NCBI GenBank assembly: GCA_002633005.1
Contig: NMRA01000353.1
Span: 381,625-445,624 of the forward strand
DNA from: Phoronis australis
Taxonomy: Eukaryota; Animalia; Phoronida
Reading direction: 5' to 3'
Length of the DNA stretch: 64,000 bases
A model generated the notes under the pieces. That model worked only from the letters and a program-made list of their open reading frames with translations. It was not told the DNA's origin and did no database searches. Below, in pieces: positions 1-12,800 of this stretch (within the stretch, counting starts at the first letter, position 1; each line of letters starts with the position of its first letter). Both the position numbers and the translations under genes were made by a program.

Positions 1-852
1 ATGCGAGAAAGATTTCCGCCAAATTATAGTATATGTATATGTAAATGTATATGTATGTATGTAATCTCTGAATTCACTTTTGGAAAACCCAGACCCAAGT
101 TCAGATGCTACTGAGTTGATGGGCATGACATTGATGAATCTCCTCTCCTCTGAGCACAGAACTCCAGACTTGGAATGCCACTCCGATCTCGCGGCAGCTG
201 CGGTTGTGGCGCACATGCGTGAGAGTTGTTTTCATTCGTTTGTTCGGGTGTGTGTACTTGCAATGGAATTTACTATCATGAAAACCAAGGGTGTTACCAA
301 ATTGCCAAAAACAAGTGGAAATGAACCAGTGGTTTTATAAATGACTAGTTAAGGCATAAGGGATTTAATTTCATTAATTCAAAAGATTTCTACCCCATAG
401 AGATACTAGTTTTAGAACATGGATCCCTCGCATTTGTTGTAGATAATTTAGTCAGGCATACGCCCATGATAATACATCTTTATATATTATAATTAATTGG
501 ACCTTTGGAGCCGTTTGATATAATTAAATTCTTCAGTAAATATTCAGAATGCAGTAAAATTTACAAAAAATGCGTAGCTTTGAAATCTACTGTGGATAGC
601 TCTTCATATTGGTTGCAGTGTAGAACTTTCGACAAAAATTTAGAAATAAACTTTTCTTCAGAAAGTAAAAGGTAGTGATCCTGATACCTATAGACTGTAG
701 TGTATGTTGCCGTAAACAAGACATTTCATGGACATAGGTTAATACTACAAATAACAGTTGGCCTACTGGTCAGAAACAGAATTAATAAAAAACGGTATCT
801 GAGCAACAGGTGTATATTGGGAATTATAGAAACAATTGAAAACAGTAATGAA

Positions 853-898
<46 letters not shown>
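853..898. repeat. (AC)n microsatellite
   Basis: Directly visible. Confidence 0.98.
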
Positions 899-900
<2 letters not shown>

Positions 901-1794
901 CATACACTTAGGTAAGTAATTGTGAGTAATTTTTCGAGAGTTACGTAAACGCACCTGTTTTTAGGGCCTAAACTTTTCATTTAGGCCAAATGTAACTTTT
1001 TCAGTAAAATACTCTAACATGATTTTAACACCCAATAACGTTTTGTTGAAAAACTCCTGGCACGTAGTATGATAGGTTGTCGAAAGTGGTTCAACGACTG
1101 GAACTGAAACCATAGTAAAGGCCACACAACTTCCGGCATCCACCTAGGACAACAGGTCGGTGCGTATAAAGAATGATCTGTAGGGTTTTGTAGGGTTTTG
1201 ACAAATTTTGACGAAACATCGCTGATTGTATGGAACCGCACCTCAAGAGCCTCACTTGATGAAGAATAATAACAAATTGAAAATGAAGCTATGCAATTAG
1301 GCTAGATTTGATGATTATAAAATGCAACTCCGATCAAAGCTTAATCGAGCAGGCATAGCTGGAATTGGGACCATTCGACGAATTCTTCTCGCGGTGTCGC
1401 TGTTGTACTAGTGGTGATTGAATTGCGCATGTGTCGCTGTCTGCATGTAAACAGCTGGTGCAAAGACGGAATTGTTATCAAAATACGTCGTCGTGCCAAG
1501 CCTCATTATTGCTATTTTCCGGGGTGCAAATCTTCGACAGGTGGTCAAAAAATTTCCAAAAGACCTAAGGTTACTACAGGCATGGAGAATTGCGGTGAAA
1601 GAGTCAACTAAGTGACAAAAGTGTGTGGAGGCCCCATGTGTGCTCTATGCATTTCCATTGAGAGACTACATAATCACGTTACTTGGTAAGTTTTTAGCAA
1701 TTGGTTTCTATCGGCAACGTTCAGTGATGTTATCCCCACCAGTTACCCCACTGAATAACGGGTTTATTCAATGGATGTAAGTCTTTCTTTTCAG

Positions 1795-3865
1795 AAACGC
1801 ACCCTGGACCTGGATGGTAGGCTAGCACTGTAGCAGCACATAATGTTCTGGTGGGAGTGCACCCAATACAAGAGCAACGCAGAGCGTTGAAATGCGTCCA
1901 CAATTGCACCGCATACGGTATCCTTCTAGGGTTGTTTATTGGTACCATAAAGTGGCCAGTAGAGGGCATATATGTAGTATGTTGTACTTTGCAAAATGGA
2001 AAGGCATGGTCATTGTCTCCTCAATAGGCTAGGGGCAAAATGTGAGTAATCTTCATAATACAAGCACATCCTATACACCAGTTGCTTAAAGCACCACAGA
2101 AACATAGAATTAAAAACAAATTTACCAACATACGAGATTAGCACAGCATTAGAATGCCAGAAACAAATTTCTACTTGGAACTTTTCCTTCATAGTCACGA
2201 AGTAACACAAAGTACACACCTGAAGACCTATGAAAATACAGAGGTCAATGTAAAATACTAAAATTGCCACTAGAGGCAAATACTAAAATTGCCACTAGAG
2301 GCATACCGGTAGTCAGAATCATCCTAAAGTCGTCATCGTCCGTTGTCAACATCACATAAATACACTTGCTAAATTTAGTAAAGATCCTGCAAACGGTTTG
2401 GGAGATACAGCCATGGGCGCAAAAAAACAAAACTGCCACTAGGAGGCGCCACAGTAGTCCAAATCGTCTGAAAATCATTGTCAGCTGTCTTCCTTATAGT
2501 AAGCACATACACGCCAATTTTCACAATCATCCTTTGAGCGGTTTGGTTGATAGAGGGGTGGACGCAAAAATACAGACTCGAAAACAGTAAAAATGGCCAC
2601 TAGGTGGCGCAAACTACGTCGAATCCATCTGAAAACAGTAGGATAGCGTCATCTCACTAATAGGTGCCTACATACCAAATTTCATGAAAATCCGTTCAAT
2701 ACTTTTGAAGATACAAAGGTAAGCGTAAAAAACTAAAATTGCCACTAGGGGGCACACCGGTAGTCGGATCCGACCAAAAGTCGTCATCTTCCGTTGTTAA
2801 CATCATATAAATATACTTACACAATTTGTAAAGATCCTGCGAACGGTTTAGGAGATACAGCCATAGGCGCAAAAAAACAAAACTGCCACTAGGAGGCGCC
2901 ACAGTAGTCGAAATCGTCGGAAAATCATCGTCAACCATCCTCTACATAGTAAGCATATACATGCCAATTTTCACAATCATCCTTTGAGCGGTTTGGTTGA
3001 TAGAGGGGTGGACGCACAAAAACAGACTCGAAAACACTAAAAATGGCCACTAGGTGGCGCAAACTATGTCGAATCCATCTGAAAACGGGAGGATAGCGTC
3101 ATCTCACTAATAGGTGCCTACATACCAAATTTCATGAAAATCCAATAAGGACTTGTGAAGATACAAAGGTAAGCGTAAAAAAATTAAAATTGCCACTAGG
3201 GGGCACACCGGTAGTCGGATCCGTCCAAAAGTCGTCATCTTCCGTTGTTAACATCATATAAATATACTTACACAATTTCGTAAAGATCCTGCGAACGGTT
3301 TAGGAGATACAGCCATAGGCGCAAAAAAACAAAACTGCCACTAGGAGGCGCCACAGTAGTCGAAATCGTCGGAAAATCATCGTCAACCGTCCTCTACATA
3401 GTAAGCACATACATGCCAATTTTCACAATCATCCTTTGAGCGGTTTGGTTGATAGAGGGGTGGAAGCACAAAAACAGACTCGAAAACAGTAAAAATGGCC
3501 ACTAGGTGGCGCAAACTATGTCGAATCCATCCGAAAACGGCAGGATAGCGTCATCTCACTACTAGGTGCCTACATACCAAATTTCATGAAAATCCGTTCA
3601 GGACTTTTGAAGATACAAAGGTAAGCGTAAAAAACTAAAATTGCCACTAGGGGGCACACCGGTAGTCGGATCCGTCCGAAAGTTCGCACATGCCGTCCCA
3701 TTCATGAATGGAACATATGTGCCAAATTTCATGAACGTATGTCAAAGGGTTTTGGAGATAGAGCAGCGGACGCCAGACGCCGGACGCCGGACGGACGCCG
3801 CCCGTACGGACGGACGGAGATGACGGCATAATGCGTCCACATATAAATATGTGGGCGCATAATAA
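1795..3865 (-). mobile_element. Helentron-associated non-autonomous element (HINE/DINE-1/pearl-like) with internal tandem array
   Basis: Terminal palindrome ATGCGTCCACATATaaATATGTGGGCGCAT (3831-3860); adjacent GGAC/GACG microsatellite; internal array 2283-3680; left boundary approximate. Confidence 0.75.
2283..3680. repeat. Tandem array with a 450-451 bp unit (about 3.1 copies), each unit made of three monomers of about 150 bp
   Basis: Unit starts 2283, 2733, 3184, 3635; GCCACTAG recurs at spacings 144/161/145. Confidence 0.95.
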
Positions 3866-4657
3866 AATGTTATGGGACGTGCCGCTCAGAAGTCAAGGAT
3901 AACTTTTTCATAGCAGTTACTCTTCAAAACTATGCTATGTCCAATAAAATTCTATCGGCTACATTAATGAATTTCCTTATTTTATAACGGACCCCACGCC
4001 TAGGACTTCTAGTTACATGAATGAGGTATTCAGTAAATTCGTGACATTATACTGGAATAAATATTGACACCCAGAATGAATTTTACTTGTTGAGATCAGA
4101 AACACATTTTAAGTGCCATGAAAAATACACATTCTTAAATCACTTTCAACCTGTTTCGCGTATTTTAATTCAGATCTTAAATAAGGCTTGGGTACAAAGA
4201 TTATTAGTTTCTACATATAAACATGAAGATGAAATGTCAAGTATGTTCTGCCTTACAAAAGTAATTTTGTCTTGTGTTTTCTTTTATAATTTACTAATAT
4301 TTCTCTGTTACAGGTGAGAAAAAACGACTGCAACCAGCCGCCTTAACGTCTATTTTACCTTTGGACAAAGTGAAAAAGCAGTCCTTCAGCAACAACTTGA
4401 GAGAATTGAACCTATCAATTCAGAAAGTCAGCCCTTGATATCCCTGATTATGGACTCAGTTGCATTGGGAAAATTATAATTTTTATTAACAATGTTGTTC
4501 CTTTGTATGTATGTGGTTGTTCAGTTTGCCATTTTGTTTTTAAATACACTGATTATTGTTTATTCTCGAATCTTGTGCATAGTAGATTCGTATCCAGCTA
4601 GCTACGATTCAAAGCATACTTTGCTTGCATGTGGAACTTTTGTTATAGACAAGTTAA

Positions 4658-6317
4658 AGGAGAATGCCACCCGATTTAATTAGTCTTTTTTGTCGTCTTA
4701 ATCGGTCTATATCCACATCGCCTCGCATACGGTCGACCTTACCTTGCCAAGAGGTGTCGCGTTAACCTGTGAGGAATGTAAGAAACGGCGCTAGCGACGT
4801 CAGTGGTTCATATACAGAGTGAATGCCGCTATGTTGCGGTGCATCGTTCCCGCTTGTCCGAACTAAGCAGCTGCGAGGAAAGCGGTTATATCGGTTTTTT
4901 ATTTCCTCGAAAGTCCGAAATGCTTAGGAAGTGGCTCATGGTAGTGAATATAATGAAGTGTACGCAGTAAATAGCAAGTATGAGGCCGTGAAACATCTCC
5001 GTGTCTGTGGTCTTCAGACGTCGAAAGTGCCTGACGAATACCGGCTTATCAAATAACTCCATACGTTCCGTTGTCTGAGCTTGTTCACAGCGCCTCTCTA
5101 TTATTTCTTGATCACTGTATTCCTGTTCGAATTGATAGCCTGTAAAAATTAACGATCCACCTGCGAAGTCGGGACTGATGAGCTCTAGCTCGTCCTATGT
5201 TGGGATTGTGAGTTACCATGTTGAGCGTTCTGTTTCAAAATGAATTATTCTCACCCTAACCAATACTTATATAAAACTGAAACAAAGTCTGTCTCATTAG
5301 ATGCAATTTGTAATGCCTTTGGAGTGTTCGTGATCGAGTGCAAATGATTTGAGAAGCCAGCAATGAATAAATCACTGCGTTACCGGCTTTAGGTGCAATA
5401 CAACTAATTGACGGGACACCTAGGCTGTATGAGCTCATGCTAATATAGTGTTTGCTAGCAGAGCCTGTTGTGAAACAACTCGATTTCCACCCCACGGCCA
5501 GGTGTTAGGGGAATCTTTATTTACATTTACATTACTCAAATAATGATTGTCAATGTACAACTTCTGCCCTGACGGTCTGTGGCCAAAGCGGACTCGGAAC
5601 CTGAATTCGCGGCCCCCGACGAGTAAGTAGATTTGCAGTTTCGTGGCTTATTCACCAACATAATCAGGTGCACATTACTTTGGCTCACTAGTTTAGTATT
5701 TTCTTGACTGGAAGTTTAGTTTCCACTGAACTTTGGCTGGTTTATGTTCGTGATGTCTGATCAGTTTCCGAGCCACTGGCGGGGATAACGAGTCAATCCG
5801 GCCGGCCAGGCTCCGAGCCACTGGCCAGGCTAACAAGCGTTTTGTGTTTAGAACTCAAAAAATCACAAGTCTAAACAACACAGATCTAGGTTCTCCTGTC
5901 TGTATCTCACGGAAAATACTTCGAAATTATCTCCGAACAGACCCCAAACTCCTGCTACGTACCTTGTTGGGCTGCCGAACTTTGTAGGCTACGGTGTGTC
6001 CAAATACCAATAAATCCGTAAGAGCGAAATAAAACAAAACGTTTTTATAAGAACTCGGTGCATTTCTAAGGGTTTTACATCGAAGTTTGATGCTATATAG
6101 GTGTTAAACAATGACTATAAGCGATAAGCTGACACCAGTATCCCGTATTGTGAACTGCTGAACAGACTGCGTGTAAAACCGATGACGTCATTGGATAATT
6201 TCAACACCTCCGTCTGCCGTCAGGTGTCAGGTAACGCAACCGTACGTGTCGTTATGGAGTAGAACTATTCGATCTAAATTGATACAAATTAGGTTGTTTT
6301 TTGGGTGGCATGCTCCT
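4658..6317 (+). mobile_element. Non-autonomous Kolobok element with THAP remnant
   Basis: TTAA|AGGAGAATGCCACCC ... GGGTGGCATGCTCCT|TTAA; decayed THAP MLRCIVPACPN..HLRVCG at 4831-5013. Confidence 0.8.
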
Positions 6318-6829
6318 TTAACACAACTGCTCAAAGTCCTTCTTAAGAAAACTCTAAAGTAGTTACGCGCATAAACAAACAAATGCACACCAAGGGAATA
6401 CTTCTTAGGCATAACAATTCTTTAAAAGCATCACTTGTCTGCAAAGTATCCAAGTTAATTGAGACAACTTCAAACCTTTGCTATCCATTTTCAAGACTTG
6501 ATTTTTGATACTTTCAGCTATTTTAAACACTGATTACGATTCATGGGTCTGTCAAGCACATTTCTGGTATAAGGCTGAGAGGACCGTTTCTCAGATTTTT
6601 TTATTTTTCTTCTAATAAAAGATTTGAAGACTTGGGTCCTTTATAAATGATGTATAATCGAAGAATAATTAAAAATCGTTAGGCATCATTGCTTGCGTAT
6701 TGGCAGTAAGAATAATATGTTCATATACCTCACTCGCATGCAATTTTCACAAAAAATGACAGTCATAAAAAACTTGCATCATTTCAAGTCATAAGTTAAG
6801 ACTGTCCAGTCATTGAGAATTCAGAAAAT

Positions 6830-8196
6830 GTACTCGTCCGGGTTACGGCCCATGCCCGGGTTACCGCCCACCCCCAATTTTTCATGATCCAGACTTCCGT
6901 AAAAGTACCTGTGCTTCTGTCAACGTTCGTCGCACAAAATTAAGAATCCAAAATGTGCGCAACTTGCTTACCTTTCTGTGACAATCTATCAGTTTTACTA
7001 TGGCGGTAAAATACCTGCATTCTCATGCTCTTTACTGAAGGAGACACAATTGTTTCTTTTAGCTCACGCGCGGAACTCGTGTTGGTATGTACTGGTCAGT
7101 GATACAGCGCTTGTCGAATGTATTTCATTTGCTGTAGAAGAACCAGCAAAGCAGTACTTGACAGGGATATCACGTCAGTGGCCAACCTTTCTGTGATTAC
7201 CCGTGACAGTACACGAAACATAACCACCCTGAGCATTGGAATAAGAAAAGACATGGCACATTGTGACAAGCCAACTTTTGTTGCTGTTCCCGTCTTGGTT
7301 AAACGCATGTTTTTAATGACTTAAACTCCTGACACCAATATGGAAGCGCCCAACCAAAGGCAAGAGCGCAAAAAATCAATTTGTCATTAGCGCAAGTCAA
7401 ACATTCTGTCCACCTTCCACGTGGTCAAAAACTTTTTTTTGAACTTTTGATTTGCCTGATGACTTTTTACAAGATGTGTTTTGCTTCATTATTTTGGCAG
7501 CTGACCCCGAATACCCCTATTGTCTAATAGTAGTATCGTCCGATTATTGAGCACGTGCTTTGAAAAACAGCGGTAATGGCTTTGAACTTAAAAAGAAATA
7601 TACAATGTATATAAAGTGTTACATTGTTTAAAGTATTCAATTGGAAGACCTGTCCATCATTAGCACGTGTTTGGTTGCCTAACTAAGTTTAAAATATTCA
7701 GTAAGAAGACCTGCCAATCGTTAGCACGTGCTTGGTTGCCTGACTGTCCAGTGGGAAGCAAATCTTTACACAATCAAGTGCTTCCCTTAAAAATACACCG
7801 CGAAATAGCGGAGTCTTATGTGATCTGTCTTTTCTCTCAAGAAAGTTGCCCTACTGAACGCACACCTACCTGGAATACCGTAGTTCTAAGAAATGATCAG
7901 GTACGTAAAAACCCAATCACGCTCGGGATCACGACGCCACTGTATTGTGTGTGTGCAGGCCGTCGAAGTCCGGTACTTCAATCCCCCGACCTATATTTTA
8001 ACTGATATGCTTGAAGTCCGACGTCAGTGTAACTCCGTCAGGGTAAAATCGGTCCTCCGTGCAGTAAGCAACAACTCCCGATTTAAAAAAAACAAAAAAT
8101 AATCGATTTTAATCGCCCATGCTCGGCTTACCGCCCACCCCCTGTTTTTAAGATTCCCAGTTTAAGCTCCCTGGACGGTAACGCGGACGAGTACTG
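6830..8196. mobile_element. Tc1/mariner (pogo-like) non-autonomous element
   Basis: GTACTCGTCCGGGTTAC ... GTAACGCGGACGAGTACTG|TA; subterminal TTACCGCCCACCCC repeated near both ends. Confidence 0.7.
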
Positions 8197-8815
8197 TAAC
8201 ATATTTATATGGGTTTACAATGGATCTAGAAAAACAGTGTCATTAAACTTGAAAGAACTTCATGAAGTTTAAGAATTACCTCACCATGCTCTTTCCCCGG
8301 ACACTATTGCCTGTTATTTCCACACATTTAGTTGCACCAAATTTTCCAACCCCAACCCCAACCCATGCTAACCTCCCGCTAAGAACGTGAATAAACTAGT
8401 AAATTAAAACAACGTGCATACCTTTCTTTAAAAATAGCTGTACCTTTCCGAAGGCCTTGTTCATTGTCTCTGATATAAAAAGCAGGCTTTGACAACAGAT
8501 CTGGACTGGATGGGAAGATCTTGCTGGTTAGCTGCAATCAACTGATTAAAACCAATTTTTGTCCATTCAGGGACGGTTGCAGCAGAAGCGATACATATTT
8601 CCTCTGCACGGTGCCAGCCCTCAAACCTAAAACCCAAAGGTCAGGTGAAAACAGACATGAAATGTTTACATGTCAATGTGTAATAGATTTCCGGACGACA
8701 TCCGACAGGGAGTAAACAAATAGTCTAATGGTTATTTGTAACGTGCCCTGTGGGCTTGGATTGTAATCTCTCACTAACCAACAGCATAAACATTCAGCAT
8801 TGATCGATGTAACTG

Positions 8816-9070
8816 CATGCGCACTCCCAGCCTTCAATGTGGGGGGCTCGAATTCCTGACGTTGTGGACCTTTTGGCAACAAAAGTGCGGGCGGACTAAA
8901 AAAAAAAACTGGTTAACACTGTGAATTGCGCGTTTGTGCCTGCTAAGTGGACTTTTGTCTCATTTTCTCGGACTCCTCGTTTCTCAGAGTCAGTCCTCTT
9001 TGCCCAGTTCAACAAGTGGGGGAGGGCTCGTTCGAGCCCCCCGAGGCCCTCCCCCTTGGGTGCGCCCATG
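8816..9070 (+). mobile_element. hAT-like MITE, 5-bp TSD
   Basis: AACTG|CATGCGCACTCCCAG ... TGGGTGCGCCCATG|AACTG. Confidence 0.8.
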
Positions 9071-9785
9071 AACTGTCACTGGTAAGCCTGTTAGAAATCA
9101 TTCCAAACAATAATACTGCTTTGATGTACAAAAAGATCCCGAGTGCTACATCAAGTATCGTAACACCCATCACAACAAACATTGTCAACGATTAACCCGA
9201 CTGGCGACTGGCGCGAAGTCGACATCGGCCAATACCTCAGTTAACAGGCATCAGTATTGTAAATATTTAATAATCGTTAAAATAATCACAAACCTTACCT
9301 TTCTCTAAGGTCATGCTTACTTTGTCTCGTAGAGGCACCCTTTTCACGCAATCTCAGATTCAGTTTGCACGACTACAAGCCATTTCACCATGTATTTAAA
9401 GGGCTCACGAAATCGAGGCTGCTTAATCTATCACCACTAGTACACGCGCACCCTCTAGTAATGTTAAGATTGTCAAATAGCATAGCACCATTCACAGTGT
9501 AAACTCTCGCGGCTAGTCTCGGGGTCGCACGCTCTAATAATAGAATACATATGTCACGTGCGTGAGTTGGCATTCCGGAGCGAGAGTTCATGCTCTTAGT
9601 GGAGCCAATATGAAGTATGATGCGAAAGCGGTATCTGAGATGTTCTTCTTCAAGCTAACAATTGCTTGTTGACATGTTTCGTATCAAACTTGGCGGACAT
9701 CTTCAGCATGACGTTTCAAAAACTGCATTCCGACAGACATTGAAATGAAAGCTACGTCACTTGAAGATTGGATGTTCTCTTTCAG

Positions 9786-9896
9786 GAGGATTTCTACATC
9801 CCATATCCTGCTCAGATTTTCAAACACTGTACAACATGGCTGTCGCAAATGCCCGGGAGAGGGAGACCTGACGTAGTCGTTGCTGGGATCGCCGCG
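9786..9896 (+). CDS. CASD1-like gene exon
   Basis: tctctttcag|GAGGAT ... GCCGCG|gtatgg; EDFYIPYPAQIFKHCTTWLSQMPGRGRPDVVVAGIAA. Confidence 0.75.
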
Positions 9897-12800
9897 GTAT
9901 GGTTTTCTGTTTTGTTACAGATGCTGATTTAAAACAGCACGCTGACTATTCAGAAGTGTGTCATGCATAAACGTGATGCTTGATGCATGTGTCCATTGCG
10001 ATAAAAATGCGGTTTTAGGTTTCCATATGTCCGTAAAAAATGATCTGTATATCTATTCTTCAAAACATCATTTAGCGCGCTATTCAAAATAATCACAGCA
10101 GGCAAAGATGTACAGGTTCACACCGAAAGCATGCTGTGAATCCAGTAAATGTGATGCATTGAAGCGTTTACAAATTAATTTTTACTATGAAGAAGACAGC
10201 AATTTTCCATTTTGGGACCGTTTCAAGTATTCTAGGTCACCTAGTGGCCATTTTCATAATTTTACAGGCTGTTTTTGTCGCCTGCCTTTTAATCTGTCGA
10301 ACCACTCTTAGGATCAAATGTGTTCCTGCTGCCAAGAGTACGATTGAAGTTGGTTTTCCAGCGTGAACATGTACTGCAGTGCTGCCTAGTGGCATTATTT
10401 GCATGTAAGGCTGTATTTTCTAAAGCCCTTGTAGGAAATTTTATTTGCAGTGTATTCCTATTAACTTGACAACTATTAGATGGGCAAATTCAACTACCCC
10501 TGTGCCTTCAAGAGGCAATTTGATTTTCTTTACTTTTGCTTCTTTATAGTTAAAGTTCCATGACGGATTTTCATTAAATTTGGGTAAATAGTTTTCTATT
10601 TTCGTTGCTCTTCTATTGCTGCACTTACGAAATGGCCACTGACATCACATTTTTACGAAATTATAACTCAGAACTGATGATAAAACGCAAATGTATGCTG
10701 GAGAACAGCAATCAACACCACATCCGGTGTAGAATGACTTGGAACATATGCGGAGAGATTTGACCAAAATGGCTTTGTCTCCCTTCCTCAGAATGCCATT
10801 TTGTCTATCAGGGCCGTAGGGAGTGAACTCAATATTTTCACGCTGAAAGACATCGGCTATGTCAATGTTACCTTGCTGTCCTACGAGTAACTGGCAACTG
10901 AACAGCGTCTCAACACCATAGATGTCCTTCCCATGACAGGGGCAGGCTTATTCAGCAAATTCGGCAGTTTGACGTTTTCTTAATTGCTTTGTAACATTCA
11001 CTGCCTATTGAAATGAAAAAGGTGACTGCTCTGCTCATGCCCAATGATTAGTTTATTCTGAACAATCAGTAATTACTCGGCATTGCAAATGTTATGGAGA
11101 TATTGCTGCTGGTCATTGAGCGGATGTCTGTGCCTCACTATCTCCTGCACAATATTTATCCAGCCGTCCTCTCCTTCTTTCTTGTGCTTAGTCTTCTCCT
11201 GTCAAACCACTCAATGGCTTCTGCTATTCACCACCTTCATTCTACATGATGTATGTTCTCCAAGGCAGTATCAAGGTGGGCACGCCCATTGATAATATTC
11301 ATCCATACAGCCACTTGCTCGGCTCTCGTTAAAATGCCCTTCGTGATCGAAGAACGTGATCGTTTGATATACGTCTGTTCTTCGAATTGGTCAGCCGGTT
11401 CTGCACTCTTGCCATCCGGGTGTCGACAGCAGTGCGCAACTTTGAGTAGACCTTTCTTGACATTATCGGGATGGTGCTCCATGCACAGTAAACTTAAAAA
11501 TAAACTTCGGAAGAATTCTGACAAAAAAGGTCTACTACTCCGAAAAAAAATGTTGCCATGAAATGTTTTTTACTCGATCTTCATAAATATTCTCAAATTT
11601 CATGACAGGTTTATTAATGTGTTACTTAGTATCAAAAACCCACACAGAAATAAAATTTTGACAATGAAGTCCAATGACTTGTTTCTACCGTTTCTTTCGT
11701 CTTTGTAGTTAACGACTCTTGAATCGTATCTTCTTTGAAGCTCTCTTGACCAGGAGAAAATGAATCATATTAATTTTATAAAATGAAGCAAATGCGTTCA
11801 TATTTGGATGAGGCGTTGGTATCTTCAAAGTAGTGTTTTTTCAGAGAAGTGGGCCTTCGGAGTTGTATTTTTCGGAGTAGTGGGCCTTCGGAGTAGTGGG
11901 CAGTAACCAAACTGGACCCTCCAGTAGCCTAACTGCTGAGCTAATGAGCATTTCCAAGCAAGGTGCTTTCTCTAGTGTGCCGATATAACCCTAATGAAAC
12001 TCATGAGCAAAATGTTTGGCCCACTATAGTATGTAATAATCAGAATTTTGAAAATATATCTTGAAGTGCTTGAAGAAGAAAGTGAAAAATTAATGAGATT
12101 AAAAAGTAAATACCAGAAGGCTGTTAGGCAGTCATGACGTTTGACCTCCGATTTGACCTTGAAAATGACTCCGCATCAATAAAAATCCGAAATGTATCCC
12201 TCATCACAGAAATTGGTATAACCAATGTATTATATGGCCCTGTCAGTCACCAAACCGAAAAAACAAAACGGGCTGAAGTTCAAAATGGCGGCTTCCGCCA
12301 TCTCGAGTTGCAAAAAATGCTCAAGCTAATTTTGTTCTTCTGACCATATTTAACATATTTCAACAACAAAAAAACTTTACAGTGTTCAACCTTGCAGAAT
12401 TCACCGTGGGGGCGATTGGGACGGTAACTAGACTAAAAGGGCTATAATGTTTGAAATGCCCCATCTCTTGTTTGATGCGACTCATTTCATGATCCAAATG
12501 ATGTAGTATAACTAACACCATAGGGACAATTACCTAAATATTTTTTTCGTTTAGTCATCTTAATAATCCCTTGCTTTACATACTAGAGGGTTTCTGTTTT
12601 AGTGGATGATAAGATTTTGGAAGAAGGACAGGCCACGCAGCGAGGCACTCGACCACTACAAACGTACGTATAGTATTACGATAGTAGTAATTTTCAGTAT
12701 GCTTTATGCAGGTTGTTACACGGTAATCAACTAATGCGACTTCATGATAACATAAACAAAAAAGAAATGATAGTGTAAAAGGTAGTAACAGCGCTTTTGA

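Larger units (their letters stand above)
1492..4370 (+). pseudogene. Spliced THAP-domain pseudogene (DNA transposon-derived); exons about 1492-1685 and 4314 onward
   Basis: PHYCYFPGC..FPKD..VCSMHF..DYIITLL G|gtaagt ... tactaat..tacag|GT EKKRLQPAALTSI; phase-1 join; frameshifts in the first exon. Confidence 0.65.

Noticed and set aside
80-340. ORF containing HSDL as an upstream CASD1-like exon
   Set aside because: The only good donor is phase 1, which does not fit the phase-0 exon at 9786; the reverse strand could equally be a transposase relic.
9640-9785. Upstream in-frame extension (QANNCLL..KLHSDRH) as the missing GDS region of the CASD1-like gene, or as selenocysteine read-through
   Set aside because: There is no GDS, two TGA stops intervene, no SECIS was recognised, and a strong acceptor sits at 9785; intron is the simpler reading.
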